NCBI GenBank assembly: GCA_964016885.1
Contig: OZ024743.1
Location: 310,001 to 374,000, forward strand
Source of the DNA: Eledone cirrhosa
Lineage: Eukaryota
Reading direction: 5' to 3'
Length of the DNA: 64,000 nucleotides
Shown: positions 1 through 14,240 of the stretch, piece by piece
Layout of the letters: each line of letters opens with the position of its first letter
Position numbering within the stretch: position 1 is the stretch's first letter
Translations under genes and position numbers: made by a program
The notes under the pieces: model-generated
The model's database searches: none
What the model was told of the DNA's origin: nothing
Seen by the model: the letters and a program-made list of their open reading frames with translations, nothing else

Positions 1-303
1 ACTTACATACATACATACATACATATATACATACATACATATATACATATATACATACATAGACACACATACACATACATACACACATACAAACACATAT
101 TTATACATACGTACGTACACATGTACATACACATATACTCACATACATACATACATACATACATACTTACATACATACATACATATATACATACATACGC
201 ACATACATATATACATACATAGACACACATATACATACATACACACATACAAACACATATCTATACATACGTACGTACACATGTACATACATATATACTT
301 ATA

Positions 304-337
<34 letters not shown>

Positions 338-451
338 CATACATACGTGCATACATATATACATACATAGACACACATATACATACATACACACATACAA
401 ACACATATTTATACATACGTACGTACACATGTACATACATATATACTTATA

Positions 452-485
<34 letters not shown>

Positions 486-927
486 CATACATACGTACAT
501 ACATATATACATACATACATACATACATACGTACATACACAAATACATACATAGACACGCATACACATACATACACACATACAAACACATATTTATACAT
601 ACGTACGTACACATGCACATACATATATACTTATATACATACATACATACATATATACATACATACATATATACATATATACATACATAGACACACATAC
701 ACATACATACACACATACAAACACATATTTATACATACGTACGTACACATGTACATACATATATACTTACATACATACATACATACATACATACTTACAG
801 TACATACATACATATATACATACATACGCACATACATATATACATACATAGACACACATATACATACATACACACATACAAACACATATTTATACATACG
901 TACGTACACATGTACATACATATATAC

Positions 928-968
<41 letters not shown>

Positions 969-990
969 TACACACATATGCATATGCATA
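1..990. repeat. (ATAC)n-derived satellite with higher-order unit of about 140-180 bp
   Basis: Marker AAACACATATTTATACATACGTACGTACACATGTACATAC recurs near 91, 251, 399, 583, 720 and 880 in an ATAC background. Confidence 0.9.
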
Positions 991-999
991 TATACAATA

Positions 1000-1241
1000 T
1001 ACATCAGACAAATAGGCTCCCGTCTGGTGAACCGATTCCCAGAACACATTAGGGCCATATGAATTGGCAGGTTTACCCCCATCGCTCGTTATATCCGTCG
1101 TTCACCAAAGCACTCTCCTTAACATCTCCCAGTCCTGGATGTCCTATTGCATCACGGATCGCCGGCCTCACACTCAACTTGATTTTCCGCCTTGGGTCCA
1201 GTCTCCCAAATGCACTCAACTCCTCCTTACATTTTCTTTAA
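1000..1241 (+). pseudogene. Penelope-like element GIY-YIG endonuclease remnant
   Basis: Frame from 1000 reads YIRQIGSRLVNRFPEHIRAI* (YIGxTxRxLxxRFxEH-like); after frameshift LIFRLGSSLPNALNS, resembling the PLE C-terminal LxTxxPxGLN motif. Confidence 0.8.
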
Positions 1242-1936
1242 TCAATACTTACTCACAAACGCCTGCTTCTATATATTTAATCACTGTAACCCCTACCTCG
1301 TCTGCTGTCACATGCGCACGCTCATACACCCCTCCAGTTTCCGACATCTTCTTTACGGTTAGAGACACACACCGTACAGAATAACAACAAATAAACATGC
1401 GCACACATTACACACATACACACTTACATTATACACTGATATAAGCTCACAGCTTCGTACAGACAAACAACAAACATACACACACACTTACACAATTTCA
1501 CACATTAATATTCACTCTATATACACAAGGATTTTTTCCCCTTTGATCACAGCCTTTCAAAAGACGATCGACTGTACTTCCTACACCATAAACGCTCCTA
1601 TCAACAGTTTTCTAGGAGATGGTGAAATGAACAGACCTGCTTCTTCTCACAGAAGTTGTTTTCGTTCCTACCCCTGCTTACTCTCTTCTATCTTTCTATT
1701 TCTCTTTTAGCTTCACATTCTATTTTGCGATGAAAGAATAGCGTCCAAACGTAATCATTTTTCATACTATATTAATCATGAAACTAATATATATCTTCAT
1801 TGTACTTCATCGTCTGTTGTGTTTTCCCATTTACTTTACACACACACATATATATATATATAGAAACCGTGTTGTGTCGGGAAGAGGGTAATCACAGTTA
1901 AAATAGGTACTTAATACATTGGTAGAGTATAGGCAT

Positions 1937-1979
<43 letters not shown>

Positions 1980-2057
1980 TATAAATATGGTACCAGGAAA
2001 AAATTAGGAAAACCTATATATATTTATATTTATATATCTATACATAACCCCCCCCCC

Positions 2058-2176
<119 letters not shown>

Positions 2177-2504
2177 CGCCCATATCTAACATACATATAA
2201 TTCATCACAATGATATTAACAGTGCCAGTGCTGAGATAGCCGTTTAAAAAGTATGAACAAATCATTTTATTTATAGACCAGTTCTTTTGTTTCAGAATAA
2301 TAAAAAAAGCGTTTGGCGGAAAAACCTAATTGAGATTATTAAAAAGAAGTGGAGTTGGCAACGAGTTGGAAGTGAATGAGAAATGAAGCTGAAACAGCGA
2401 AATGCTGCAAAAGTTATTTGGTACTTTCATATTAGCATATGTTGTGGCGACACAGAGAAATTAGTATATTTGATGACATACAATAGCGTTTACATGGCTG
2501 TGTG

Positions 2505-2560
<56 letters not shown>

Positions 2561-2654
2561 CAGTGTATGTCCCAGTTTGTCTGTAATGTGCGTATGTTAC
2601 TGCATATATTTTTATGTGATTATCTGTGTATGGATTTGAATGTGTGGTAATGTG

Positions 2655-2677
2655 TTTGAATGTGTGACCGCGTGTAC

Positions 2678-2708
<31 letters not shown>

Positions 2709-3180
2709 TGTACGTATGTATGTATGTATGTATGTATGTATGTATGTGTGTATGTATGTATGTATGTATGTATGTATGTATGTATGTATGTATGTTTGTA
2801 TGTATGTATGTATGTATGTGTGTATGTATGTGTGTATGTATGTACGTATGTATGCATGTATGTATGTGTGTATGTATGTATGTCTGTATGTATGTATGTA
2901 TGTATGTATGCATGTATGTATGTATGTGTGTATGCATGTATGTATGCGTGTATGTATGTATGTGTGTATGTATGTATCTATGCATGTATATATGTATGTA
3001 TCTATGCATGTATATATGTATGTATCTATGCATGTATATATGTATGTATCTATGCATGTATATATGTATGTATCTATGCATGTATATATGTATGTATCTA
3101 TGCATGTATATATGTATGTATCTATGCATGTATATATGTATGTATCTATGCATGTATATATGTATGTGTGTATATATATA
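2655..3180. repeat. (ATGT)n microsatellite ending in about 8 copies of a 24-bp unit
   Basis: TCTATGCATGTATATATGTATGTA repeats with period 24 from about 2977 to 3165. Confidence 0.95.
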
Positions 3181-3949
3181 TTTTCGAGCAATGGAACAGC
3201 TTACTCTTAAAATTAATTTGCAATTGCCTGAGCATTCTAAAGTCACGTGCCCTCTTAACACAATCCTCAAGGAAATTGAGTGTGAAACAGTGTATGATAT
3301 GGCTGGCCTTTCAAGTTACCAATACAACTAATTTTTGCCTGCTGAATGGACTGAAGCAAGGTGAAATGCAATATCGAACTCTCGACTTAAGTATCGCGAG
3401 CTGAACTTTCTAACCACTAAGTTATACACCTTCATGTTTATGCAGGATGATCATTTTAAATTAGTTCGTTGAACAATAAAGAAATCCCGAATCCAGGCCC
3501 GTTGCTTGGTTTCTTTTGTAAGTATCATTTACCATAATCTCGAGTTAACCCAACTGAATGTAGGAAAACTGCGCAGAAGCTTGTTTGTTGCGACTGTGCC
3601 TGTCATACAAATGTTCAGTCCTGTCATTCAGTGTGTTGCACTGATTCTCTTTGAGATGTACTCTAAACGAACACGTGAAATAACCAGCCACTCACACTGT
3701 AATTCAATGGGTTGGCTGTTCAGTTGATCAAACTACTGAATACTCATCATCGAAAGCGACAGAGATCTATTTACTTCTTTTTATGTATGTGTGTAATATC
3801 AGAATGCATATGTCCTAGATATATGAAATAAGTTGGTATGATTACAAATGGAAGGCTTTTGATCATAAATTTACTCTATCAGAGTTGACCAGGAGTTTAA
3901 TAACAGAAATTATAACCACTGTTATTCAGCTGCTAATTAAAACAATTAG

Positions 3950-4075
3950 GGTTAACTTTGCCTTTCATCCTTAAATGGTCGATAAAATAAAGCACCAGAA
4001 ATGAACTGGAGTGATTTAATCGACTTTACTTTACCCTCAAAATTGCTGGCCTTGTGCCTAAATCTGAAACCATTA
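3950..4075 (+). mobile_element. Partial Meta-domain-like tRNA SINE
   Basis: GTTAACTTTGCCTTTCATCC...GTCGATAAAATAAAGCACCAG...TTGCTGGCCTTGTGCC matches the other copies in the window. Confidence 0.75.
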
Positions 4076-4609
4076 TTACTAAAATTTTATAGGATGAATA
4101 TTTTACCTATTGGATTAATTTATAAACAACAAGCATTAAGAGTATTGAAACGCATATCTATATAAACTAGAAAGGTGGTAGATATGACTTTTGAGCAGCG
4201 TTTAATTTTTAACTTTTTCTTTACAATAACATACTTTCCTCTACGAGAGGATCAGTGAAGGTGTTGACAAGAAAAGGAATAGCTCTGATTAAACCATTTT
4301 GAACGATTCGTATGTTATATGTGTGAATGTTTATCCTCACGAAGTTATAGCGTAACAACTACGCATAAGTACCTTATCTTCTGCAACAACAACAACACAC
4401 ACACATATATATATATATATATATTGTGTAGGTGGTTCAATGAATTACTGGTACCAAATCAAGCACTCTATGCACTGGCAGAGTGTATATAATGGAGAAA
4501 AACAAGGAAGAAGTTTCATTTACATATAAAAGATATTTATTGTGCATCCGCCTGTTACGTGCATTTTGCAGAGGATTGGCTCAAGGTCACCCACAGGGGT
4601 TATGGACAC

Positions 4610-4665
<56 letters not shown>

Positions 4666-4938
4666 AGTAGTAGATACAGGTTAGATGATAGAAGAATAGA
4701 TAGATAGGCAACACATCGCCAAGTTTTCCAAACCGGGTTCGTTAGCACATTTCTTTAGCAATGTTTTTGTGTCGTTGAAATTTATTATTCCTCACACATG
4801 TTTTGTTTGTAGAAATCTTAGTGATTCCCATACATTCTTAGACACAGAAGAGGAAAGATTGTGTTATGCTTAACGTTTTATGCTTAACAATACTTAAAAA
4901 AACTATAAAACAAATTATTAAAATGGCTTCCACCACAC

Positions 4939-5028
<90 letters not shown>

Positions 5029-5286
5029 ATACGTACATACATAAATACCAAATATGGACAAACATATATATATTTATATATATATATATTTGTAAATACA
5101 TTCTGAGAATTAGGGAAGGAGGCTCTCTGACTCTATATGCGTCAGTGTGTCTGTATGGGTATGTGTTCATATGTGTCTAAAGGTTTTGCTAATCAGAGAA
5201 AGAACATATGCTCAGCAGGAAGTTATAAGTTAAGTTATCATCAAATAACAGTCACATCCACTGGAAATATCTCGTCGTGAAATACA

Positions 5287-5322
<36 letters not shown>

Positions 5323-5426
5323 TATATGCGTGTATGCGTTAGCACTTGTCTTTAATAACTTAACGATGAAATGTTTTCAGTTTATTTGTATGATATTTGA
5401 AATATTTGGATTGAATGAATATGTAT

Positions 5427-5511
<85 letters not shown>

Positions 5512-5542
5512 AAGAATCAAAGAACTGTTCAAAACATTATTG

Positions 5543-5589
5543 TGCTTACAGCTGTTTCCTCCAAACCGAGGTTTGGATTCTTCGGAGCA
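5543..5589 (-). ncRNA. Minimal type I hammerhead ribozyme with variant CCGAAGA core
   Basis: Minus strand: TGCT-CCGAAGA-aTCCAAACC tc GGTTTGGAg-GAAA-CAGCTGTA-AGCA; stems I and II pair, stem III is palindromic ACAGCTGT, GUA site. Confidence 0.75.
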
Positions 5590-5789
5590 ATTTATTAATG
5601 CATGGACAGTTATATGACCTCCTTTTCAGCCGAGAGACATACCAATACATATTCAAACATTGATACATATTCAAACATTGTGGGTCAACATTCATTACAG
5701 AATTTAGAGTGGCAGTACACACTTCGAGATTAAAATACTTACAACTGCTTAAGGTTTTGTATTTACATAACCATAAATAGTATAACTAA

Positions 5790-5858
<69 letters not shown>

Positions 5859-6179
5859 CGTGTGTGCGTGTGCGTGTGTGTGTATTTGTGTGTGTGTGTG
5901 TGCGTGTGTGAGTGTGTGTTTATTAGCAGTCATCGACTCGATTTCCAGCAAAACCACTTTCTTACTGCAATCATTTCTTATATCAGTATGTCACCCTCTA
6001 CCTTATGGGCCCTAACATAACCACTAAGTCTCACATTCTATGATAGAAATATATTTAATTTAGTCTGGGACGTTCTTGTGTATTCGTCCAAAATATATTT
6101 TCAACCCAGCACTGGATGTGCATATCGTCGAGTATAAAGAAATGCATGAAAAGGTTTGGGTTGATGGAATTATGTACCT

Positions 6180-6625
6180 GAAAATGTATCATGCTTGTCT
6201 TCTGGCAGGTGACTACAAAGGCTGACAAAACCGACCTTTGAAAGTGTAGTTTTACCACATGCAGTACAAATTAGATCACCTCTGGTCCTACTAATCAACG
6301 CAAGATTTCACCAATTTAAAGTTCTAATGTCCAAGCACTGGAGATAGTCTTTCTTGACATCACGATATTTCGTTTTGTGCCAGGGCGCTTGCCGTGAGCT
6401 TTATTTATCATAAAAGTATTTCTTTGGTAGTCTGAAATCATGAAGACATACAGCATGGCCAATATATCATAAATATGATAAAAGAAGCTTAGGTACAGAG
6501 GCAGCTAACCCTTCATGACATTTTCCTGTGAAAATTCAGTTGTGATGGAATTCTGACAGCTGTTTATTATAGACGTGAATTTTTTCTGGTGGAATCTTTC
6601 GAGGATTTAGACATATCGTCAATAA
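6180..6625 (-). pseudogene. RTE-clade LINE ORF C-terminal remnant
   Basis: Minus-strand translation with stops and shifts: ILERFHQK...GHAVCLHDFRLPKKIL...GKRP..KTKYRDVKKDYL...W*NLA...LICTACGKTTLSKVGFVS, typical of the RTE post-RT region and terminal Zn finger. Confidence 0.8.
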
Positions 6626-6889
6626 AGTATCCACATCTCAAACGAGTATAAATAGGATATGATGTCGCAGACATTCCGAATACAAGATGTGGTGCAAAGT
6701 TTAAAATCCCAGAAACGCAAAGTAACTTAGCAGATAGCGCAACATATCTCGTCTGACGCTCTAACTATTCCATTATTATACTGCTTTGGGCACGTACTTC
6801 ACCTGTAGATAGGCGGAAGAAATACCGTAGTAAAAATTTTGATCTGACGCGTCACTGTGTCTGCCTAATCACCACTGCTATTTCAAACT

Positions 6890-7512
<623 letters not shown>

Positions 7513-7514
<2 letters not shown>

Positions 7515-7717
7515 CGAAGGAAATGTGGTAAGGAACCAGGTGGACCATAACGCACCAAAGTACTCAATACTTAGGGTAGTAGAGTGGGTAATAGGAACGA
7601 GCAGGACCCCGACGGCTGAGCTCAAGCCGTTTCGACGGCTAATTCAGGACTAAAATGTTTTAGTCCAGAATTAGCCGTCGAAACGGCTGGAGCTCAGCCG
7701 TCGGGGTCCTACTCGTT

Positions 7718-7722
<5 letters not shown>
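7513..7722 (-). mobile_element. Family A palindromic element (half-HHR inverted repeat plus unique tail), copy 1
   Basis: Palindrome 7591-7722 with 3 arm mismatches, plus tail 7513-7590; flanked by (TA)n on both sides. Confidence 0.85.
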
Positions 7723-7780
<58 letters not shown>

Positions 7781-7804
7781 ATTATTATTACTTATTATTA
7801 TTAC

Positions 7805-7863
<59 letters not shown>

Positions 7864-7974
7864 CATGTGTGTGTCGACGCGGTTCACTGCCATTTTACTC
7901 GGACTTTTTGTATTTATCTTTTATTTAGATGTGTGTCAAGGACAAAGTATGTAATGTAAATCGTGTGGACGTAG

Positions 7975-8270
7975 ACATGGTTAAGTGGAATAAAAGTTCG
8001 TTTCACAATCATAATGTTCCAGGTTCGATTCCTCTACGTAGCATCTTTGGCAAATGCCTTGAACGAAGCCTTAGGTCAACCCAAGACTTCTGAGTAACAT
8101 TGGATAGATGGAAACCATTTCGAAGCCCATCGGATAGAATATTCTTGTGAAGCCTTGTCACGTATCACGCTGATTTTGCCTGCGAATTATATCAAGGGTA
8201 TAGGTGTTTGTGGAATATTCAACCACTTGCACGTACATTTGATCGAACGACAGACTGTTATTCAACAAAA
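7975..8270 (+). mobile_element. Old tRNA-derived SINE
   Basis: A-box-like TGGTTAAGTGG and B-box GGTTCGATTCC followed by a decayed SINE body. Confidence 0.55.
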
Positions 8271-8837
8271 TTGACAGAGGATTAAAATCCTCATGTAATA
8301 TGGACTGAGATCTAAAGAGTGATTTGACTTAAGCCGAGTGATCACTTAAATGCTCACACGTTGGCTAGTCATCAGTATAAGATAGAAGTCACCACTCTTA
8401 CAAAACATTATATAATAAAGAAGAGATTTCGCTATATAATGAATGTAGATCTAATTAAACAAAAAGACGTGACACGTCTAATATCCGCTACGATTCGCAA
8501 TGATATGAAAATTTGATTCTTGCTGGAAACGAGAGATAGATTCCTATCGTAGCTTCACATTTTCTTTCTTTCACATGTGAGTATTTCTGTACCCAGAGGT
8601 TACTGACTTGTAGCAGAGGTTACTGACTAATAGCAGATGTCACTGTTTAAAAGTACAAACGTATTTACACCCACCCACATTAGCTCGCACATACAACAGC
8701 CCCACCAGTCCCTCCCATCCACACCCACACATATACAAGTGTGATATAAAAGAATATATATACATACTCACACACACACACATATATATATAATATACAT
8801 ACAGATATATATATATATACACACACAGAGTAAAAGA

Positions 8838-8917
<80 letters not shown>

Positions 8918-8994
8918 TATTTTATAACAAGCTCCAAATCTGACTTCCTATTGTCACTCACTCTCTCTCTATATCTCTCTCTATATATATATAT

Positions 8995-9217
8995 TGCTCA
9001 AGAACACGCAACCTCGAATCCTGGGTTGCGTGTTGTGTAAAACACTTCACATCACGTTGAGCAAACATTTGAGCAAAATACTTCACTTCATGTTGCTTCA
9101 GTATACTCAGCTGAAAATGAGTACCAACAGTAGCTGGGGTTTTAACCCTGCAAAGGACTGGCGTCCTGTCCAGGGGGAGTCTTGTACTCTCAGTCGCTTC
9201 ACGCCATGAAACCGGGA
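8995..9217 (+). mobile_element. V-domain-like tRNA SINE, 5'-truncated with a short inverted duplication
   Basis: TTGAGCAAAATACTTCACTTCATGTTGCTTCAGTATACTCAGCTGAAAATGAGTACC...CTTCACGCCATGAAACCGGG; same family as 25455-25682. Confidence 0.75.
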
Positions 9218-9709
9218 TATATACGTGTGTACACACACGTGTGTGTATATATAATTTTCAAATTATCAGTTTCAGATATTATTTTTGGTTTTTGACAGAG
9301 CGAGGAGATAGAGTTATGTGAAGGAGTGAAAGTAATGGACTAGAATAAGAATGTGAAAATGGAACGAAGAAATCGTAGAGTCCAAATAAGGCATTTACCT
9401 GTAATTCTCCCTCAAACTGTCTGTAAACGAGTCACCATTCACTTACCTGAAATGAAACAAAAAGAAAATATATAACTCATGAAATCTAAATGTGAATACA
9501 TAAACACAATTATACAATGGACGACATGTTTGACAATCATTAAAATTTGAATGAGTTCTATAATATTGAACACATATTTCATTATTTTAATAATGTAATA
9601 TTAATTATCAGATGTAAAAGGTCCATTTTAACCATGTATTACTGTAAAACTCAAAGGAACGCAATTCACATGTGGTTTTTGCAGCACAGTAGTAAAGTTG
9701 TACATATAC

Positions 9710-9824
<115 letters not shown>

Positions 9825-9936
9825 TACACATATATATATATATATATATACACATATATATATGTTGTTTTTTTAATGTCCTTCCCTAATCCTCTCTAAC
9901 TACACTTACGTGTTTTTGTTCTCTCTTTATCCGGAC

Positions 9937-9972
9937 TTTCCTGAAGAAGGACGTCTGTCCGAAACGTCGAAA
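9937..9972 (+). ncRNA. Minimal type I hammerhead ribozyme
   Basis: TTTC-CTGAAGA-aGGAC gtct GTCC-GAAA-CGTC-GAAA; complete core, GUC site, stem I TTTC/GAAA. Confidence 0.8.
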
Positions 9973-10243
9973 CCTTCACTTCTACCAAGTGCGATTTTAT
10001 ATGGTTCCATTACACTTTGTTCTCACACACACAAAACAGGAATAGACACCTGTTCAAAGGGGATTCCAAGAAAACCGACAGGAGGCATTTACCGCAACTC
10101 TATCCCCACATATATTTAAGAATGCCTTCACTAAGAACACTTTAAGAAAACAAAGAACACATAGGGTAAAATAATCTTACATAACCCTAATAGATGGGAT
10201 GTCTATGGCTGGAAAGCTTTTCATTATAATATCTAGTCTTAAG

Positions 10244-10412
10244 GGCGGTGGATTGGCAGTATCGGTAGAGGCTCGGACGCCATGCTTTGACGCATTTACA
10301 TTCTGAGTTCAAATCCCGCCGAGGTTAACTTTGCCTTTCATCCTTACGGGGGCGATAAAATAAAGTACCAGTAATGCACTGGTTAATTGCTGGCCTTGTG
10401 CCAAATGTAGAA
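10244..10412 (+). mobile_element. Meta-domain-like tRNA SINE
   Basis: GGCGGTGGATTGGCAGTATCGGTAGAG head, GAGTTCAAATCCC B box, GCCTTTCATCCTTACGGGG-CGATAAAATAAAGTACC body. Confidence 0.85.
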
Positions 10413-10951
10413 TATCTAGTCATTCAAGATTATAATATCTAGTCACTCAAGATTGGTCGACAGCATAGCATGGTGGAAAGCGTTCGCCCGTTATATTGCG
10501 AAAGTAGATTTGAAGATGATAGTACACAAATTGTTAGTTCCAAATTCACTACATATAGCTGTAAAATTATCACAGAATGGAATCTTCAAAGTATCCCATT
10601 GTGCATATTCAGTGGGTATCGACTGGATTTTAACCAGTTGATATATATTTATGTACACACACAGATACAGACATTAAAAAATGCACACATACATAAATAT
10701 AGAAACAGAAAGTTTATGCAAATTTTATCGTAGCATTATACTCTAGTGGTTTAACATGCGCAGAAAAGGTCGAGTTCACGGAAATTATAGACAAATGTTT
10801 GTAATCCTGGTCACAACATTTACATGTATGCATACTGTACACAGACATACACATACTTATTTATATATTTATTTATATATACATTGCTAAATGAAACGAT
10901 CCATCATTTCATAGCCAGCAAATATCAAATCACAAAAGCATGTAGATACAC

Positions 10952-11029
<78 letters not shown>

Positions 11030-11099
11030 CAGTGCTTATGTGTTAGATACGACAGTTTTCGATAAGAAACTTAAAACCGTTGTCCTTCAATGCTTTTCG

Positions 11100-11143
<44 letters not shown>

Positions 11144-11300
11144 TGTGTGTGTGCGTGTGAGTGTGTATGTGTGTGTGTATATGATATATAATACATAATA
11201 TATATATATAGGAAGGGGGCAAGTGTATGTGTGTGTGTGCGTGCGTCAAGAATTCGGTTCGTACAAATTACTGATATAAGACACGTTGTTAAAAGATATT

Positions 11301-11343
<43 letters not shown>

Positions 11344-11645
11344 CTTCATTTTACGCTTCTATTATCTATGACAAGATGGCTAGATTTAGTTAAATTTAAT
11401 GCCTAAGTCTTGACACATTTATAACAAGAAAGTTATGGCATCAGATCAAGCCCTGATAATGACCTATTGCACTACAACAACCACACATTTTGACCCTATT
11501 AATTCCTTCAAGTATCAACATGTAATATATATGACAGATTTCTTACGTTTCGTCAAAAAGCTTAGGAATTCTGCAGTCTTCCAGTCTCTCTGTCTTGTTC
11601 TGCTTCCCCACCTCCCTTTCAGAGTTTCTCTATCTTTATATATAT

Positions 11646-11849
11646 AACGAAGGAAATGTGGTAAGGAACCAGATGGACCAAAACGCACCAAAGTACTCAA
11701 TACTTAAGGTAGTAGAGTGGGTAATAAAACAAGTATGACCCCGACGGCAGAGCTCAAGCCGTTTCGACGGCTAATTCTGTAGTTAAATAGTCCAGAATTA
11801 GCCGTCGAAACGGCTTGAGCTGTGCCGTCGGGGTCATACTTGTTCCTAT
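11646..11849 (-). mobile_element. Family A palindromic element, copy 2
   Basis: Same tail and inverted repeat as 7513-7722; TA-flanked. Confidence 0.85.
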
Positions 11850-11877
11850 ATATATATATATATATTCTATACCTTTC

Positions 11878-11932
<55 letters not shown>

Positions 11933-11936
<4 letters not shown>

Positions 11937-12373
11937 CTTAGGTTAATAGAGTTAGGTATTGTATACCCGTGTCCCATTAAGGTATCGGCAGCATAATAAT
12001 TAGCTCTATGCTTTGGAGCAGAGCCGTATATATGATAAAGAACACAAGAGCGTCTACAACATCAAAAGATTTTTATTGGCTTACAATGTTTCTTCCTTAC
12101 GTAACCGTAGGATTCGTCAGAGCTATAAAAGGGGTTTGATTGGTTTTATGGACTCTACCAACCAAAGATTCAAGAACAAAGAGTAAAGAGAGTAAAGAGC
12201 AAAAGTAGGGGACGATAAGTCTAATTTTGGTGCGGGGAGGGGGGGTCCTTGTTTACTAGCTGCGGTCATATTCATTCCCGGGAGTCGAGTGGTTAGCTGA
12301 ACCATAGATGGGGTGGCGTCGATAGTATGGTGCAGAGGGTGTGCAGAGGCTACACAAACACAAAGGGCATACA
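11933..12373 (-). mobile_element. PLE 3' end: terminal ORF motif, HHR and tail
   Basis: Minus ORF contains QLTTRLPGMN (PxGxN-like), followed by an HHR at 12079-12123, AATAAA and a tail hairpin at 12003-12024; bounded by (TA)n. Confidence 0.65.
12079..12123 (-). ncRNA. Minimal type I hammerhead ribozyme
   Basis: Minus strand: GCT-CTGACGA-aTCCTACG gtta CGTAaGGAa-GAAA-CATTGTA-AGC; GUA site. Confidence 0.75.
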
Positions 12374-12452
12374 ATATATATATATATAACGGAGGAGAAA
12401 GTACATGAGGTAATTAGAAATGGAAAAAGAGTAATAATAATAATCTATAATT

Positions 12453-12550
12453 AATTGTTTCTACTTTAGGCACAAGGCCAGCAATTACCCAGTGCATTAC
12501 TGGTACTTTATTTTATCGACCCCGTAAGGATGAAAGGCAAAGTTAACCTC
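12453..12550 (-). mobile_element. Meta-domain-like SINE 3' half
   Basis: Reverse complement of the SINE body and tail. Confidence 0.8.
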
Positions 12551-13108
12551 TATAATAAGGCATGGGGAAGATTACACCATAATAAGTTATAAAAGTAAGA
12601 ATAAGGTAAAATATAAAGGAGGATAAAAGTGGAAATAATAAAGATAAAAAAATATATATGTAAAAAAATATATAGAGAATATATAAAGAAATATAAGCGA
12701 ATATTTGGAGGGGAAAACACAATGTAAAAAAACCGATTTTTTCAAATAAAAATAAAAATATAATAATTATGGGGGGGAGAAAACGGGATAGAGAAATATG
12801 ATCAAATGTGATTAGTTGAGAGAATATAAGATGATAATAGTTATGTCAAGTTTATACAGCTTAATAATAAATAATCTGTGTATCAGAGTTACAGAACCTT
12901 CAATTCACTTACAGGTTCAAGCCACGTGGCATTGTTTATCTGTGCGGTCATGCGCGTTTGTTTTTGACACCACAGCAGATGCACAAGTTCGTAAATTCCA
13001 ATGCAGATAGAAATCTATTTTTGCTCACCCGGACATTGACGGAGGATCCAATATTCCTAGTTCAATATTTGTGTGGTGTTATTTTGGTCGCACAAATCAA
13101 TCACTTGG

Positions 13109-13218
<110 letters not shown>

Positions 13219-13299
13219 GTATATATATGTATATATATATGTGCGTGTGTGTATGTATATATATATATATGTATATAGATATATATGTATATATATATG

Positions 13300-13366
<67 letters not shown>

Positions 13367-13974
13367 ATGTGTGTGTGTGAGTCTGTACTTATGCCTGTGT
13401 CTGTGTGTACGTATGGGTGTTTGTGTGTATATGTGTCATTGTGTATGTATGTGTGCCTGTGTTATTGTCTGTATAAATATTTTCGGCTGTCTAATCCGGT
13501 AAATAGAGATAAAATATAAACCAGATTGAAATGATCACAACTTTGAAGAGTGCGTTCCAATATGTCCAGATTAATATGACTCAAATCAATGAAAGCCTTA
13601 GAGAATATATATAACAGGAGGTGTGCACGCATGTTTTGTTTGTGTCGGTATGCATTCACTGTTATTTTGTTAGAGCTAAGGTTTCGAATATGGCACATTC
13701 CTCGCGATAGCATCAGTTTATGTTCGCCAAAATCTTTCTCCACTTTTTATTTGTTCAAACCTTCTTAGTTGTTATAAAAGAAGGCTCCACATTTTTTTTA
13801 TGTCTAGTATTTTTAATTTAGAAGCTCTTAGTCTATCTGATGCTACAGTTGAAAGTTGTTGCCCATTTGCCGAACCACAGACACAATGCAGTTGGCAGCT
13901 ATGTCGTTTGCTCAATATGCCTACACTTCCACTCAAAATCAGAAATGGTATAAGTATGTATAAAACAGGACACA

Positions 13975-14240
13975 ATAGAACGATCAGGCTGCAATAATGT
14001 GGGTCATGTTAGTACAGAATGACAACGAAATCAAGGCAAACATCCATGCCATAACTACGAAGGACAGGAACAAAAGTCTCTGAAGTCTAATAGACCCTTA
14101 TTCACCCTGACACAAGTATTATATAGATCAATGTAGAGAAACTACCAAAGTACAAGGATCTTGAAACAAAAATGATCAAGAAGTTTCAATAGGAGAGTAA
14201 AACAGTATCAATAATAAATACTTGGAATACTATGGTGTAC
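13975..14240 (+). pseudogene. R4/Dong-type LINE restriction-like endonuclease remnant
   Basis: AAIMWVMLVQNDNEIKANIHAITTKDRNK..LID...EKLPKYKDLETKM...KTVSII resembles the ILWD..IQTD..I.ANRPDI...EKxxKYxDL motif; stops and frameshifts present. Confidence 0.75.
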
